From Xylographa opegraphella (lineage: Eukaryota), in contig JALDZX010000019.1 of the NCBI GenBank assembly GCA_022813865.1, positions 186,001 to 250,000 of the forward strand: a stretch of DNA of 64,000 nt, given 5' to 3'. Positions 24,041-36,127 of this stretch are shown here, piece after piece (the stretch's first letter is position 1; the number at the start of each line of letters is the position of its first letter). A program made the position numbers and the translations under genes. The notes below the pieces were generated by a model. It was given only the letters and a program-made list of their open reading frames with translations, did no database searches and was not told the DNA's origin.

Positions 24041-27000
24041 TGTTAGCGTTGGATGCAGCGGAATAGCCGCGATAGCCGCGAAAAGCGATGTTGTGAAAGC
24101 TAAAAGGGTGAAGTTCACGATGCTCGAGAAGTGGGTGAAGAAGTGTTTTGGAGAGAAGTCAAGTGTGCAAAGAAATAACCTTAACACCCTAGCAACAGTC
24201 TTCCTTCAACGTCGTTTCCATGCTAGAGCAAAAATACGCAGCTCAGTGGCACAAATACGCCAAGCCGTCTGAGACGATGCACGACGATGCACGACGATGC
24301 CAGACAATCTTTCAGCCAGCCAAGACGCCAGCAGTTCAACCACAAACAGCTCTTCGTCATGTATAGTACCATAAACTACGGTAAAGCTGTTCTATAATGA
24401 ACGTTTCTCGTCAATCAGACTCAGTCGGCAAATTGTTTTTCTTGAGAAGATAAGTTGAGAGTCTTACTCAGTCTTGGTTCAAGTGACTAACATGTGTAAG
24501 CAGGACATCTCAGTGAAGGTGAAGTACGTGACCACTTTCTGGTGAAGGCTGAAACACACCAGAGAGTGAATTCAAAGGGGTCCATACTCACAGGCCCAGA
24601 CAAACCCATACCTGGATGTTTACGTTGCCGGTGTAGACAAATGATATCTTTGGCCGAGGCTACTATCTTTTCGGTATGATTGCATAGTACTGCTATGGCA
24701 TAGCTGTGGTTAAGATGCGGTCTGATCGATATTCGAATTTGCTTCAACCGAACATGCAAGGTGAGCTGTGGCTTGTTTTTGTTCTTCAGTCAAAGGTGAA
24801 CTCTGTTTGAAGGTCTTCTCTGATGTGACATGAGCAAATTGACCGAAGTAGCAGACGAAAGAGGGCGCCCCGCAGTGGCAACAACCAGCTCTCAAACGGC
24901 TACTAGCTATTTCGATCACTTTTTAACAAGTCGTAGATACTCATATCTATTTTTCCCAACCTAGAATCTGCTTAGCGTGATCGTGCTCGCAATAAATGAG
25001 AAAGTGGAAGCGTCGTCATTGGTTATGGGCGTCGTTGGCTGTGCTACATTGCAGCCACAGGCTTGGAAAAGATCTAGGATACACTTCAGCTTGGAAGATA
25101 CGCATACTGAGACAAGTTCATACCTGCAGTCTTCCCACAAAATCACCTGTTGATCTAAGATCTCTCAGGTGTCTTTACTAGCCGAGTATTTCTGGTAAAA
25201 GAGCGTCATTTCATTGTGACTGTTGATTGTTGTGCACAGTGACGGCTTCTTTGCAGCAGTCACTACGGCACCGAGTTCTCTCCAACAGAAATAACCAAGG
25301 TTTTCGATCATGGTTAGCAAAAACATCTTCAGAACTGACCACGACCTGTCGACCATGAGAACATTGCTCGAAACCAAAACAACCCCAACAGCCTCTCTGG
25401 CAGTGACAGTGAGCCGTGGTGGGGAGATGACAAGCGAGAATGAAATGCAAGTTCACAAGTGATGGGACCACATGGCTCGTGCTTCGCCAATCAAACATGG
25501 AAATTACAAGAACAGCCGGTCATGCTGGCCGGACTACGAGCTGGTCTGAGCTTGAGGTGACTTGATAACCTCGGAGAAAGGAAAGTATTGCTGCACCCGA
25601 GTGGCAGCAGTGCCGAAGGGTCGAGTGCACTCCACAATATTCTTGGATTTACAAAGTGATGCAGAGCAAGATCGGCTGGAAGAAAAGAGTGGCGTCACAA
25701 CGGCAGCCTCGGCAGCCACAGTGGGACCAAGATGGATTCACATCTTTGCGGAAGCCTTGTGGATGTGGGCTGCTTCATCACACCAGTACAGTGCCCGAGA
25801 AGTCATTGATGTGCCTTCTCCGGAAAAGCATTCGATCGTCCTTCTCGGGGCCTAATGACCGTAACCACTGGCTGCTCCCGGGAGACATCTATAGCATCCC
25901 ACAAGACATGTCACAAGGCATCAACCGAAAGCTTGACATCCGAGATAGAAATGGTCTGCTGGAGACACATGTGATGAGCTGATCTATGAAAAGCCTTCGG
26001 AGAAGATGAGGACTTGACTCATGACCTCGGCGCAGCAAAACGTTTCTCCGAAACACCCGCTAATTATCCTAGGCGCGCCGAGATCGCAAGCACGTGATGA
26101 TGATGAATCCCGAGAGGCACATACTGATAAATGCATCGTGGCTGCGTACATCAGAGACTTGGAATGTGACCATGGTTCTATCACCTAAAACACCTCGGTG
26201 ATCTATCAAATACCTTCTCACCCACGCCGTGCTCACGACAACCGAGTCATACCAGAAAAAAATACAATACCAAACAACCACCTACTACCTACCTCCCACC
26301 ACCACCACCAACCCCGCCTCCCCTGCCCCCACCCCTCCCCCAATAATCCAGAGCAAACACTCCCTCCCAACTCGCAACCTCCCACCATCCCACCCCTCAT
26401 GGCAAACTCCGCCCCCACGTCCACTCCACCGGCTCCCACGTCCATTTCACCGCCCTGTACCCACCATCCATCCCTTCCCCACGCAGCCCCCCCCCCACCC
26501 CACACGCAGCAACTCTAATCCAGCCAACGGGAAGCGGGTATAAGCGGCGGGATAGGGGATGCTGTTGTTTGATTTATTATTTGGGAAGGAGGGAGGGAGG
26601 GAATAAGGGGCAGAGAGTGAAGGCGCTATGAAGGTATTTTGAGACGGGGTGCCGGCAAGGGAGGGGGAGGAGGAGAGCGGGAGGCTTGGAGGCAGGCGAA
26701 AATGCCGGGTACGGATGCTGTACTTCTCCCTAGCGGTCGAGGAACGAAAACAGCGGTGCAAGGCGAGTATGTATTGAGTAGGTAATTAGTCGACGAAGCA
26801 GGTCTTCTGCACCTGATCTACAAGATCCATTGACACGGTTATTACCAGAACCATGCGATCCAGACGCGGGACACGTCTCAAAGAGCATTGCTTTTCGTTT
26901 TGATTTCGCTCGAGCCACGAAAAAAGCCTATTCTACAAATCCATTCAACTCTGCTGCTTGCTCCGAAGGCAGTGAAAATTGCCCTTATTATCAAGTCCGC

Positions 27001-27076
27001 TCGTTCCGTGCCCGACTTTCGATCGACCTTCTGTCATCCGACACGAGGCGATGGTGCTTGAAGCCCCACGGGAGTG

Positions 27077-28494
27077 CTATGATCCGCCAAGGCTGGGGAA
27101 GGCGCTGGTATCGGCTACGTTGACGGCATCGCCACCACGACCGCCACGGCCTCCGCGGTATCCACCACGGAAGTCGCCGTCGCCTCGCCCTCTATACCCG
27201 TCGCCGCGTCCTCGATTTCCACGACCACGATCTCCACCGCGGAAGTCGCCTCGGCCTTCGCCACGGCCACGTCCGCCGCGCCCACGATCGCCACCTCGGC
27301 CGCCGCTGCTCGGCTCAACATACCTCATGTCGACGTCCACTCTCGTCTTCTCCTTGCGCTGCCTCTCCCTCTTGGCCTTCTCTCCTTTACCAGCAATATA
27401 GGCCTCTTCTTCGTCTTCTTTCGTCAACGGCTTGGCTTCGGCCCACTTCTTGTCTGGTTTGCTCCCTTCATTGGGCTTCCGTGCTTCAGGGACTCCTCCA
27501 CCTAGTCTCAATTTCTTCTCAGCCTGCTCGGCGAGATACTCATCGTAGGATTTGCTGTTGTCCTCTGCCTCAGCCTCGACGGCAGGAGCAGCGGCATCAG
27601 TCGGTTCCGGTACGGTTTCCGGAGTGTTACCGTCAGCATCAACCGGAGCAGTGACAGTGCTGTCAAAGCCCTCTTTCTCTTCATTCTTGGCAATAGCTTC
27701 GCCAGCTTTCTCATCATCCCACTCAGCCGTGCCGGTAGGTGCACCCCACGATTGATCAGCTTGCTTAGCGTGGTCACTGCGTGCATGTTAGAGAACTCTA
27801 GTCATGGATAACTGGAATCTTACTTTGGTAGGCCTCGAGTATGCCTGTCGTCGCGATTGCCTCGACCACCACGACCGCCTCTCCCACCACGTCCCCCTCG
27901 CCCGTCGTAATTACCTTGAATACGCCCACCGCCTAATCGATCCGCATGACGATCTTCTCGTAGGCCATCTTCAGTTGGCTTACCGCGGTTGGTGATGCTG
28001 CCCGCTGCCCGATCACGGAATGCTATAAAGACCCCGTCGTCAGTTAGAATTCTCTCCTCATGCGGTCGATCTCTTCGAACCGCCAATTCTCAGCACCGAG
28101 GTCTCGACGTACCATCCTCGTTACCGGTGAAGCCTCCACGACGCCCGCCGCGTCCGCCTCGATCTCCTCCGGAAGGTGCATTCCTGTCTGTGGATCCACC
28201 AGGTGCAACTTCAGGAGCATTGCGCTTAGACGATCTTGCTAACGGTTTATCGACGACCTTGACAGGTGGTTCCGGTTCCTTGTCCGAGTCCTCGTCGTGG
28301 TCGTTACCTATGTATGTCAACAAGGAAGCTCATGAGCGATTGCCGCTGACAGTGGAAGCGCACCGAGGAGCTCATAAAGGTTCTAATCAAGTCAATCATT
28401 AGCCATTGTGTTTCGATCTGTAGTGTCCATAGCGCCCAACGACCTATGTGCGTCTCCTATAGAATTTATTTACCTTGGATTTAACGTCCGCCAT
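27077..28494 (-). CDS. STM1: Ribosome/telomere-associated protein Stm1 (SERBP1-like, RGG-rich), multi-exon
   Basis: Spliced MADVKSK|NLYELLG|NDHDEDSDKEPEPP, then DRHTRG, SWGAPTG, KSYDEYLAEQAEKK, RKPNEG, RGG repeats and terminal NVADTSAFPSLGGS. Confidence 0.92.
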
Positions 28495-29108
28495 GACGTT
28501 CAACTCCAACTGCCTTCCTCTGAAGGCTTACCCTTCTGTTGCGACACTATTCGTTGGCTATTCCGGTAACAAGAGCGACGAGATCCTACTGGAGGATCCT
28601 GTCTCTCAAGAAGTCACTCAACGTTACAACGTCGCAATAGGCGTGGAAGATTACAAGACACCACAGGTTTTGTGGGCGCGCTTACAAGCACACTTTAAGC
28701 GAGATCTTTACTGCGCAGTCCGCCAGCCCCCCGTGTTTGTAGCATAACACTGTTCGGACTCGTTTTACGGAGCATACACTTTCGTCTTGCCTCTATGAAG
28801 TCAACTCCCCTAAATATGTTTTATTCAAACCATAAGGAGCTCCTATATAGATTACAAGGACGATAACGACTCTGAAAGTACAGAAATGCCCTTCGCCCCA
28901 AGAAAACAACGCTTCAAAATGATTATTGATACATGCTCTCAGCCCAGAAGTTGATCCGTGGACGAGCTTAGGTATTCATCGCTTCCAATGCAGCCTCCCA
29001 CGCTTGACCTGTCACTATACGCCATAATCCCAGATCCTACCCAAACTTCCATCCATTTGCTCACACACAAGATCCTAACGCCACACGCTAAACGTTTGTC
29101 CTCAAACC

Positions 29109-30611
29109 TCATTTCCTCATTGAACTTTCCTGAAATGTAAATTGTGTAGGAAAGTGCATGCTCGCTGTAAGGCCAAACGGATCCGCGTCAAGCAATGGGT
29201 CGAAAGGATCAAACATTTGACTCATCTGGCTAAGAGCTGATCCTTGCAGATCACCGGAGTGCATTGCCGAAGATTGTGCCATAGACAGCGGTTGACTGGC
29301 ATGCAGAGATGGCTGGCCCGGCGGAAAGGGCTGGTGGTGGAATGGTTGAGGATATGGACCGGGACCCGCCGAGTGGTCACTCGCGTCTTGATCTTCGAGC
29401 ATTTCGGCATGCTGGTATTCGTGCTCTATAATGTACGAACGAAATCAATCTAGGACGAACAGAGCTCTATACAAAAACGAGGGGAGGAGGGGGCGGGTCA
29501 GCTTGCCGAGTTGCTCCATATGAGTCTGATATGATGATGACCATTGACTTGGCCTCGAGCCACTTGCGCTCGCCCTTCCATCGTCCGCGATTACGCTCGC
29601 CATACCGTGCTGTAGGTTTTGTACCCCAGGGCTTGGGTGGGGAATGGTGATAGTGGGGTAGGCGTGCGAATGTGAAAACGGTGCCGGTCTAAGCGGCTGC
29701 TGCAACTGCTGCTGCTGAAACTGGTGCTGAGCTTGATTAGTCGCACGGGGTGAAGTCATCCCACCTTGCATGACATAGATCGGAGATCTCGAGGTTGTCG
29801 GCGACGACGTCTGAGACACCGGGGTTGGCTGCAGTTGCGGTGACTGGCTCGAGAGTGTATTCGACCTCGATTTCTGAGCCTGGATCAGCCTTGGAACATT
29901 GCCGGAATTTCCCCGCTGGACTTGATGATGTCGATTCAACACTGCTCGCTGAGCTGGGGTGGGTAAGGCGACTGAGAGTGAAGGGATTGCGGACTGTGTG
30001 GACTCTTCTTTCGTCTTGAGTTCGGCCTGAACATCGATCCCTATTGTCATGCTGAGCACAGGATGGTGTGCCAGAGCGAGTGACGACAGCTTACCTTTCT
30101 CGAGTAAGATACGCTCCAGAAGGGAATTCTTGTACCGGAGCATGAGGCATTCATCCGCCGCCGAGCGGTGGCTTTGCTGGAGGTTATGTAGAGCTTCATC
30201 CTGCTGCTTGATGTTGTTCTCCAATTGCTTGATGTATTCTGTCCGCCGCTCTCGGAATGCGGCTTGGGCCTGACGGTTCCTTTGTTTCCGTTCCTCGGAC
30301 GTAGCATAGATCTACCAGCACCGTTAGTCCATCGAGTCCATGAGTGTGCTTTCCCGTTGGCGACCAACAGGCTTCCGTCCGCCTTTCCTCTTCTGCACCT
30401 GTACATTGTCTGCCGCAGTCGTCGGTCCATCAAGCTCGGGTTCCAGGTCGGAGTCTATGGATGATATAGAGCCCTCCCTGGAGTGCTCCGTCTTCGGGAC
30501 TACCGGGAGGTCTTCCACATCTTGCATCTCCAGCGACGGGTATCGAGAGTCGTTGATTCTGCCAATCAGGGTTGTCGGGACATCAGGCGCCGGTTCTCTG
30601 CTACCAGCCAC
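29109..30611 (-). CDS. bZIP transcription factor (YAP-like basic region), multi-exon; true start uncertain
   Basis: QKRKGGRKP|IYATSEERKQRNRQAQAAFRERRTEYIKQLENNIKQQDEALHNLQQSHRSAADECLMLRYKNSLLERILLEKG|IDVQAEL. C-terminal FDPFDPLLDADPFGLTASMHFPTQF. Confidence 0.9.
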
Positions 30612-32129
30612 ACCGCAGGCCTGCTAGCCCTAAGTGCAATGCAAAACAGTAGCCAGCGTGTAAGGGAGAAAGGGTGTGTCAAGATAACGAGAGAGAAACG
30701 TGGAGCTGGACGCGGGGAGGAGCAAAGGATTAGATAATAAGAACAGCGAGGTGAGGGGAAGGCCTTGGAAGTTGGGCTGTTTAAGAGTGGAAAGGCCGCG
30801 AAAGGGCATGTCATGCAGCCTTAACGAGGGAGACTGGTCTCAAAGGCGCCGACCAGGCTCTAAGGGTTCCAAGGACATGGGAGAAAACCTCGAAACTGTG
30901 GGGTAGCGTGTGCACGAAAGGTGGAGGCTGGGTCAGGGGTGCGGGTGCGTGTGCGTGTGTGTGCGTTGTTCAGTTTTTTAGTGCTGCTGGAGTGAAAAAT
31001 TTTCAATATCACGATACTTGCAAATAATGGTAATGGAGGGGAAATAAGCATGGAAAGCTGCTTCTTATTGGCGCGACGTTCATGCGAACTGCCCTGATTT
31101 ATTCTGGAGGCGCAGGTCGGCGACGCCAAGTCTTCGCTCAAATAGGTATACAAACACACGCGAGGACACGACACCAGGGGATCAACGTGGGGGATAATCA
31201 GTAGTATGTATTGCAATAGATGAGGCTATCATGATTCCAAGCCATGAGAGATTAGCTGACCATGATACCTTACCTTTGCTGACTGGAAGCCTTGGGGGCT
31301 AGGGAGTTAGGAGGTTTTTTTGTTTTTCGACCACCACCACGGAGGAAGAGGAAGGAGAGGGATGAGCAATGAGAGAGGAGGTTGGTCCGATGCCGCATCG
31401 AGTGCCTCCAACGGGCTTAGCGGGAAGAAGACCCTGGATTAGGCGGGCTCCGATGAAGGCCCTCAGAAGTCAACGTCTCCTCGGAACAACAAAAGGATCG
31501 ACCCCGGCTGAGGGCTTACCCCAGTAGCCCAGTAACACTCACCCCCCGGCCTGCCGCTCTCGGCCTGTGACGACGTTTGGTACACAGTACTTCCAACGCC
31601 GATGATGCTGCCGTCCTCGCTCGCTGGCGTGGGATCGTCAGGTACCGCGAATGTCAATCGAGCAGCTCGTCACGACATCCCTTATCAACCCCATCATCCC
31701 ATCATGCAACCCCCACCCTCCCTCCACACGATTCCATCCCGGCATCAATCGGGCAGCTGCGATACCCGCTTAGGGTGGGAGCGGAAAGCGGAAGCGTGGG
31801 AGCATGGCGTTGAACCACCCATGCAGTCGGAATACCGATGCGTCATCTATAGAGCAGTCCGTTCAAGTGCAGGCACGTTCCACCAATCCCTCCTTCACCG
31901 CTGGGCAGGTGGTGGCATAGTTACACCATCAGCCCCCCGCGTTCCAGAATGATCACCGCCGATTGTGTCTGGGGAGTTCTCTCTTGTGTGTAACCTGAGT
32001 CCACGCCGTGCGCCAATCATGCCCATGCTCAAGCGCCACCAATCCTGATATCCCTCAAGGTTGCCAGCCACGGATGTACTTGTAGGTTGAAACCTCGAAC
32101 GCTATGGGTAGGTCCATCACTACTGATGG

Positions 32130-34704
32130 ATGGGTCCTGGGGTCGTTGGGTCGTCCCGTGGTCGTGACCCAGGCACTGATGTTTCGTCTCATGATGCAGG
32201 GACGACATTCCTCTTCCGACGCAAATCAGTCGATCAGATCGACTTCAACGGACCAAGGACGGGAACCTGCAACTCGGCACAAGCCTCGCCTCGACCCTCG
32301 TCTGCTTTTGCTCGCTCAACCTTAGCTCGACCGCTTTCCAATATCCCTGAAGTTTCCAATGCAGGGATCGAAGCTCCCGACGAAACGGACGCGCCTCACG
32401 CGATTCCCAGAAATGAGGCGGGCGATGACCCTCGTGGATTGCTCGAATTAGATCGGACCGGTGCTGCGAGCACGATGAGCTTGGCCCTGTCCAGAGTACC
32501 GGAGCGAAAGTCGTCGCGGGTCTGGCTGCAACGCAGATCGTCGCAGCTGTCCAGGTCGTCCGTGGAGTTCCAGCCATTGCCGCCAGCCCCTGCCCGAGGC
32601 TTAGGCCATACAGTATCAGTTCGAGGTCAAAGCCGATCGCCAGTACGGTCTGCAGCGGCCAGACTGGATCCCGTCTCGTCGGCCATGCAACGGGTGCCGT
32701 CCAGAACGTATGTGCGCCCTGTCAAACCCATGGATATCCTCGATGTTCCACAGCTCAGCCATCCTCGAGCGGTCCTAGAGATGAGGACTGCGGCTCCGCT
32801 CTTCGTGGGTGGTGGCACGATTGAAGGTCAGGTTAACCTGATGATTGATGGCGGCCGTTCCTCAGGACGATACCAGAATCGCCCTGCGATCTCGATTGGG
32901 CGGTTGTCCATTGATGTTTTAGGCGTGGAGATTGGTCATCGCAGGCAGTCAATTTTCCGAAGCCTGGCACATGAGTTGATTGATGGGACACATCCACCTC
33001 CTAGTACTATGGTGGCAGCGCCTCGTGGACCTTCTGATGCCTTCTGGTCGGTTATACCATGTACTTCCGTACTCCCGTTCAAGCTTGATCTTCCCATCAA
33101 TATGGGCCCGCCGCCATACCAGTCGAAACATGCAAGTATCAAATACATACTATGCGCAACACTGGTGATAAGGATATCTGGCAAGCTGGACTTTGTGCGG
33201 AGGTCGCAGGAGATTGCGGTTTTGACGGTTCATGATCGTACGTATTGCGAAGAAAAAGCACGCTATCTGCAGGGAAGAGCTAACCCTATATAGCCGAGAA
33301 AGCCCTCGTGAATCTCGCCAGTCCGTTGATTGCAAGCGACGAGACATACTCATCGCGGATTGGCCTTCATGATTCCATCAAGCTTACAGCAGGTGTTCAC
33401 CGTCAAACATGGGTCAGTGGTATCGCGTTGTTCGTCGATGTGCACATTTCGAACAGTAGCAAGAGGACTGTCAAAAAGATCGAACTCCAGCTCGAGAGAG
33501 CAACGACATTCTACAGTCATGCACCGGCCTCGACACAGGCTGAAGTGGCGACCCATCTTAGACTGCCCGACAAGACTGAGAAAGAGACTTTGGTCAAGCA
33601 GAGTATCAAAAAGGGACATCATGGATGGTGGGGTATACCCCCTCAGTCGCAAGATGTTAGAACATGCCAATTGGATGTCCCACCTGGCCTTGCAACCATC
33701 GACACAGGTATGTCTTGTTACCGTCTAGGCTGACTTCAGCAAATATAGAACAGAACATCTACGAATATTTAGTATTACAGTATATAGAACTATGACACAT
33801 ATAATATCGGTTTCGGTACCCACAGTGTCTGTCTCGAAGACTGCTGATAGACCTTAGGTCGCTTTTTTGGCGTCAGGTATTTCTTGAACATTATCGTCAG
33901 CTGTTCATTCTCGTCAGTCATCTTTCCCACAATAGATGGTTCCGACTTACGTTCAGTAGGAAAGCTCTCGTGGTGCAAATCCCAATAACTATCATTCATC
34001 CGGTGTGCTATATTCCAGATCAATCACTTTCCCTTTCTTGCCGCTAAAAATGACATGTACAGAACTCCCTCGACATCGTACCCAACTCAGTAGCCCAGGT
34101 CGCCTCGGCTATCGAGCATCATCATCATCGCCGCCAGCGCAGCAATGCATCACGCCATACTGCTTCTCGGAGCTCGCCCAACGGCTCGGTCCATCCTCCA
34201 AGCAATTCAGCGTATCGCTATACCCAAGGAAGAGCATTTAGCGCGGCTAGAAGACAGTCCACCGAGCAGCTCCACGCAGCCGCGCAGAGGGCCGAAGAAG
34301 TCGTGGAAAAGCTCACTCGGGAACTCGACGGGAGTCCCAGAAAAGCTGGACCCAAGGGCCGTATCGGATTCCGCGCTCACAGATTCTCGATATCGCAAGA
34401 GAGCAACAACACGAAGGAAAACGCCAAGCCTCCGAGGGTCAAAAGCCACGCGCGACTCAATGAGCCGAGACTGATGCGGAGTACATCAGGACTGGGATTC
34501 GACTACAGCAGTAGCGAGGATAGTGAGGAAATGGAAACGGGGTCGGGCCCACTGTTCCATGGGATGTATCGAAGGAAGAGGAGCTTGAGAGGCAGGGAGG
34601 ATGAGCGGGTGCGGAAAGAACTCGGCGAGGCTGCGCAGAGGAATATGAAGGACTTGGGCGAGGGGGTCGGGTGGAGGAACGTGGCGGTTGGTAATGAGAG
34701 ATGA
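32130..34704 (+). CDS. Arrestin-domain protein, multi-exon; start uncertain
   Basis: APLFVGGGTIEG, LPFKLDLPINMGPPPYQSKHASIKYILCATL, HRQTWVSG..VDVHISNSSKRTVKKIELQL, RTCQLDVPPGLATIDT|GRFFGVRYFLNIIV, VQIPITIIHP|NSLDIVPNSVAQVA. Confidence 0.8.
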
Positions 34705-35320
34705 GGCACTGCATCGTTGGATGAGAGGGTGTCTTCGATGGCGGAGAACCATCACCGGTCAGGCGCGATGGACTGGAAAGGGTTGGATTGTTCCGATACC
34801 GTTCCTGAGCAGCATTCTTCGACCCGCGTCTGAGGTGGGGGGCATGGGGGCAATATTTTCTTCCTGCATGAGTCTTCTTAGCTACCTTAGTATAGCCACG
34901 TGTGCTGGAAGTCAGTTCAGGTAGCGCGCCGCTCGGCTGCCGGTTTTATCTTCAATCTGTATATCAGGTAGGTAGGTAGGCTTTCGAAACATTCACCACC
35001 CTGAATATCAATGATTTTGCCCACTCGGCAGAGTTGTAGCCTACCTTATCTAGATAGCCGAATATCCTTCTGTCCTCTCCCACCCGTCCGATCCGACCAG
35101 GCGATTCCATCTCCCGCCCCTCTCCTCGCCTTGCGTTTTCCACCCCTCACATGCCCCATCCACTCTCCGTTTTCCAAACCCAACCGCCATCGAGCACACG
35201 CTCATCCTCTCCAACGACTCCCCCCTCCATCTTCCTCCCGCACCTCACAATCCACCAAACCAACTTCTCAAACCCCCCCCCCTCTATCCACCAAACCCCC
35301 AACACCCCTACTCATTCCAA

Positions 35321-36059
35321 ATGTCCCCCCCCACCCCCAGCGAACTCGGCACAAAAACCTAGTCCCTCCCCCTCCCTCCCCCCATCCTTCTCCACGCTAA
35401 CCCCCCCTTCCAGCTGGACAACCACCTACGCGCGCGACCTCGCGCAGCACGCTTCCAACCCCTCGCACACAGGAACGACCTGGTTCGCCGACGCAGGCGC
35501 CGAGGACAAAATAGTCGCCTACCTCGACGCGCACGCCGCAGCGCTGGGGCTCAGCTGCGCGACGAGCTCGTTCGTGGATGTGGGCTGCGGGAACGGCGGG
35601 TTACTGGTTGCGCTCAGGGGGGAGGGGTGGGGTGGGGAGATGGTGGGGCTGGATTATGCGGCGGAGGCGGTGGAGCTGGCGAGGAGGGTGGCGGGCGGGA
35701 GGGGGGTGAGGTTCGAGGTGTGGGATGTTTTGGGGGGGGAGGTGGGGGGGCTGGAGTGGGTGCCCGAGGGGGGGTTTGCGGTCGTGCTGGATAAGGGGAC
35801 GTTGGATGCTGTGGTGCTGGGGGCGGAGGGGGAGGTCGAGCAGCGGGATGTGGGGGCGAGGTATGCGAGGGCGCTGAGCCGGTTGTTGGCGCCGCGGGGG
35901 CTGGTGTTGCTGACGAGCTGTAATTGGACGGAGGGGGAGTTGGCGGTGTGGTTCGGGGACGGGTGGGAGGTTGTGGGCCGGATTGCGTATCCTACGTTTC
36001 GGTTCGGGGGCGCGACGGGGCAGAGTGTGACGAGTGTGTGTTATCGGAGGGTGGGGTAG
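35321..36059 (+). CDS. EFM4: Protein-lysine N-methyltransferase Efm4/See1 (eEF1A methyltransferase); intron 35362-35413
   Basis: Spliced MSPPTPSELGTKTYWTTTYARDL..TGTTWF, SAM motif VDVGCGNG, VLDKGTLDAV, LLTSCNWTEGEL and YPTFRFGGATGQSVTSVCY. Confidence 0.9.
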
Positions 36060-36127
36060 TAGTGGGTGGTGTCAGGAGGGGTGAGGGAGTACGTCTTGGA
36101 GGAGGGTAAAGGAGTGGAGATGGGGGG

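Noticed and set aside
21356..24272. Many plus-strand ORFs opposite the TPR gene, and similar ones opposite BAG, PFF1 and STB3
   Set aside because: These are antisense shadows of real coding sequence with no independent domain evidence.
24273..24300. 10-bp tandem repeat gacgatgcac, about 3 copies, upstream of the TPR gene
   Set aside because: Too short to distinguish from ordinary slippage.
24400..26200. Hidden gene between the TPR gene and STM1
   Set aside because: Only short ORFs in mixed frames, with no recognisable motif or consistent splice pattern.
35151..35320. Proline-rich N-terminal extension of EFM4 in the ORF track
   Set aside because: The conserved PSELGTK.YW start is obtained from ATG 35321 plus intron 35362-35413. 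The extension is read-through of the C-rich tract.
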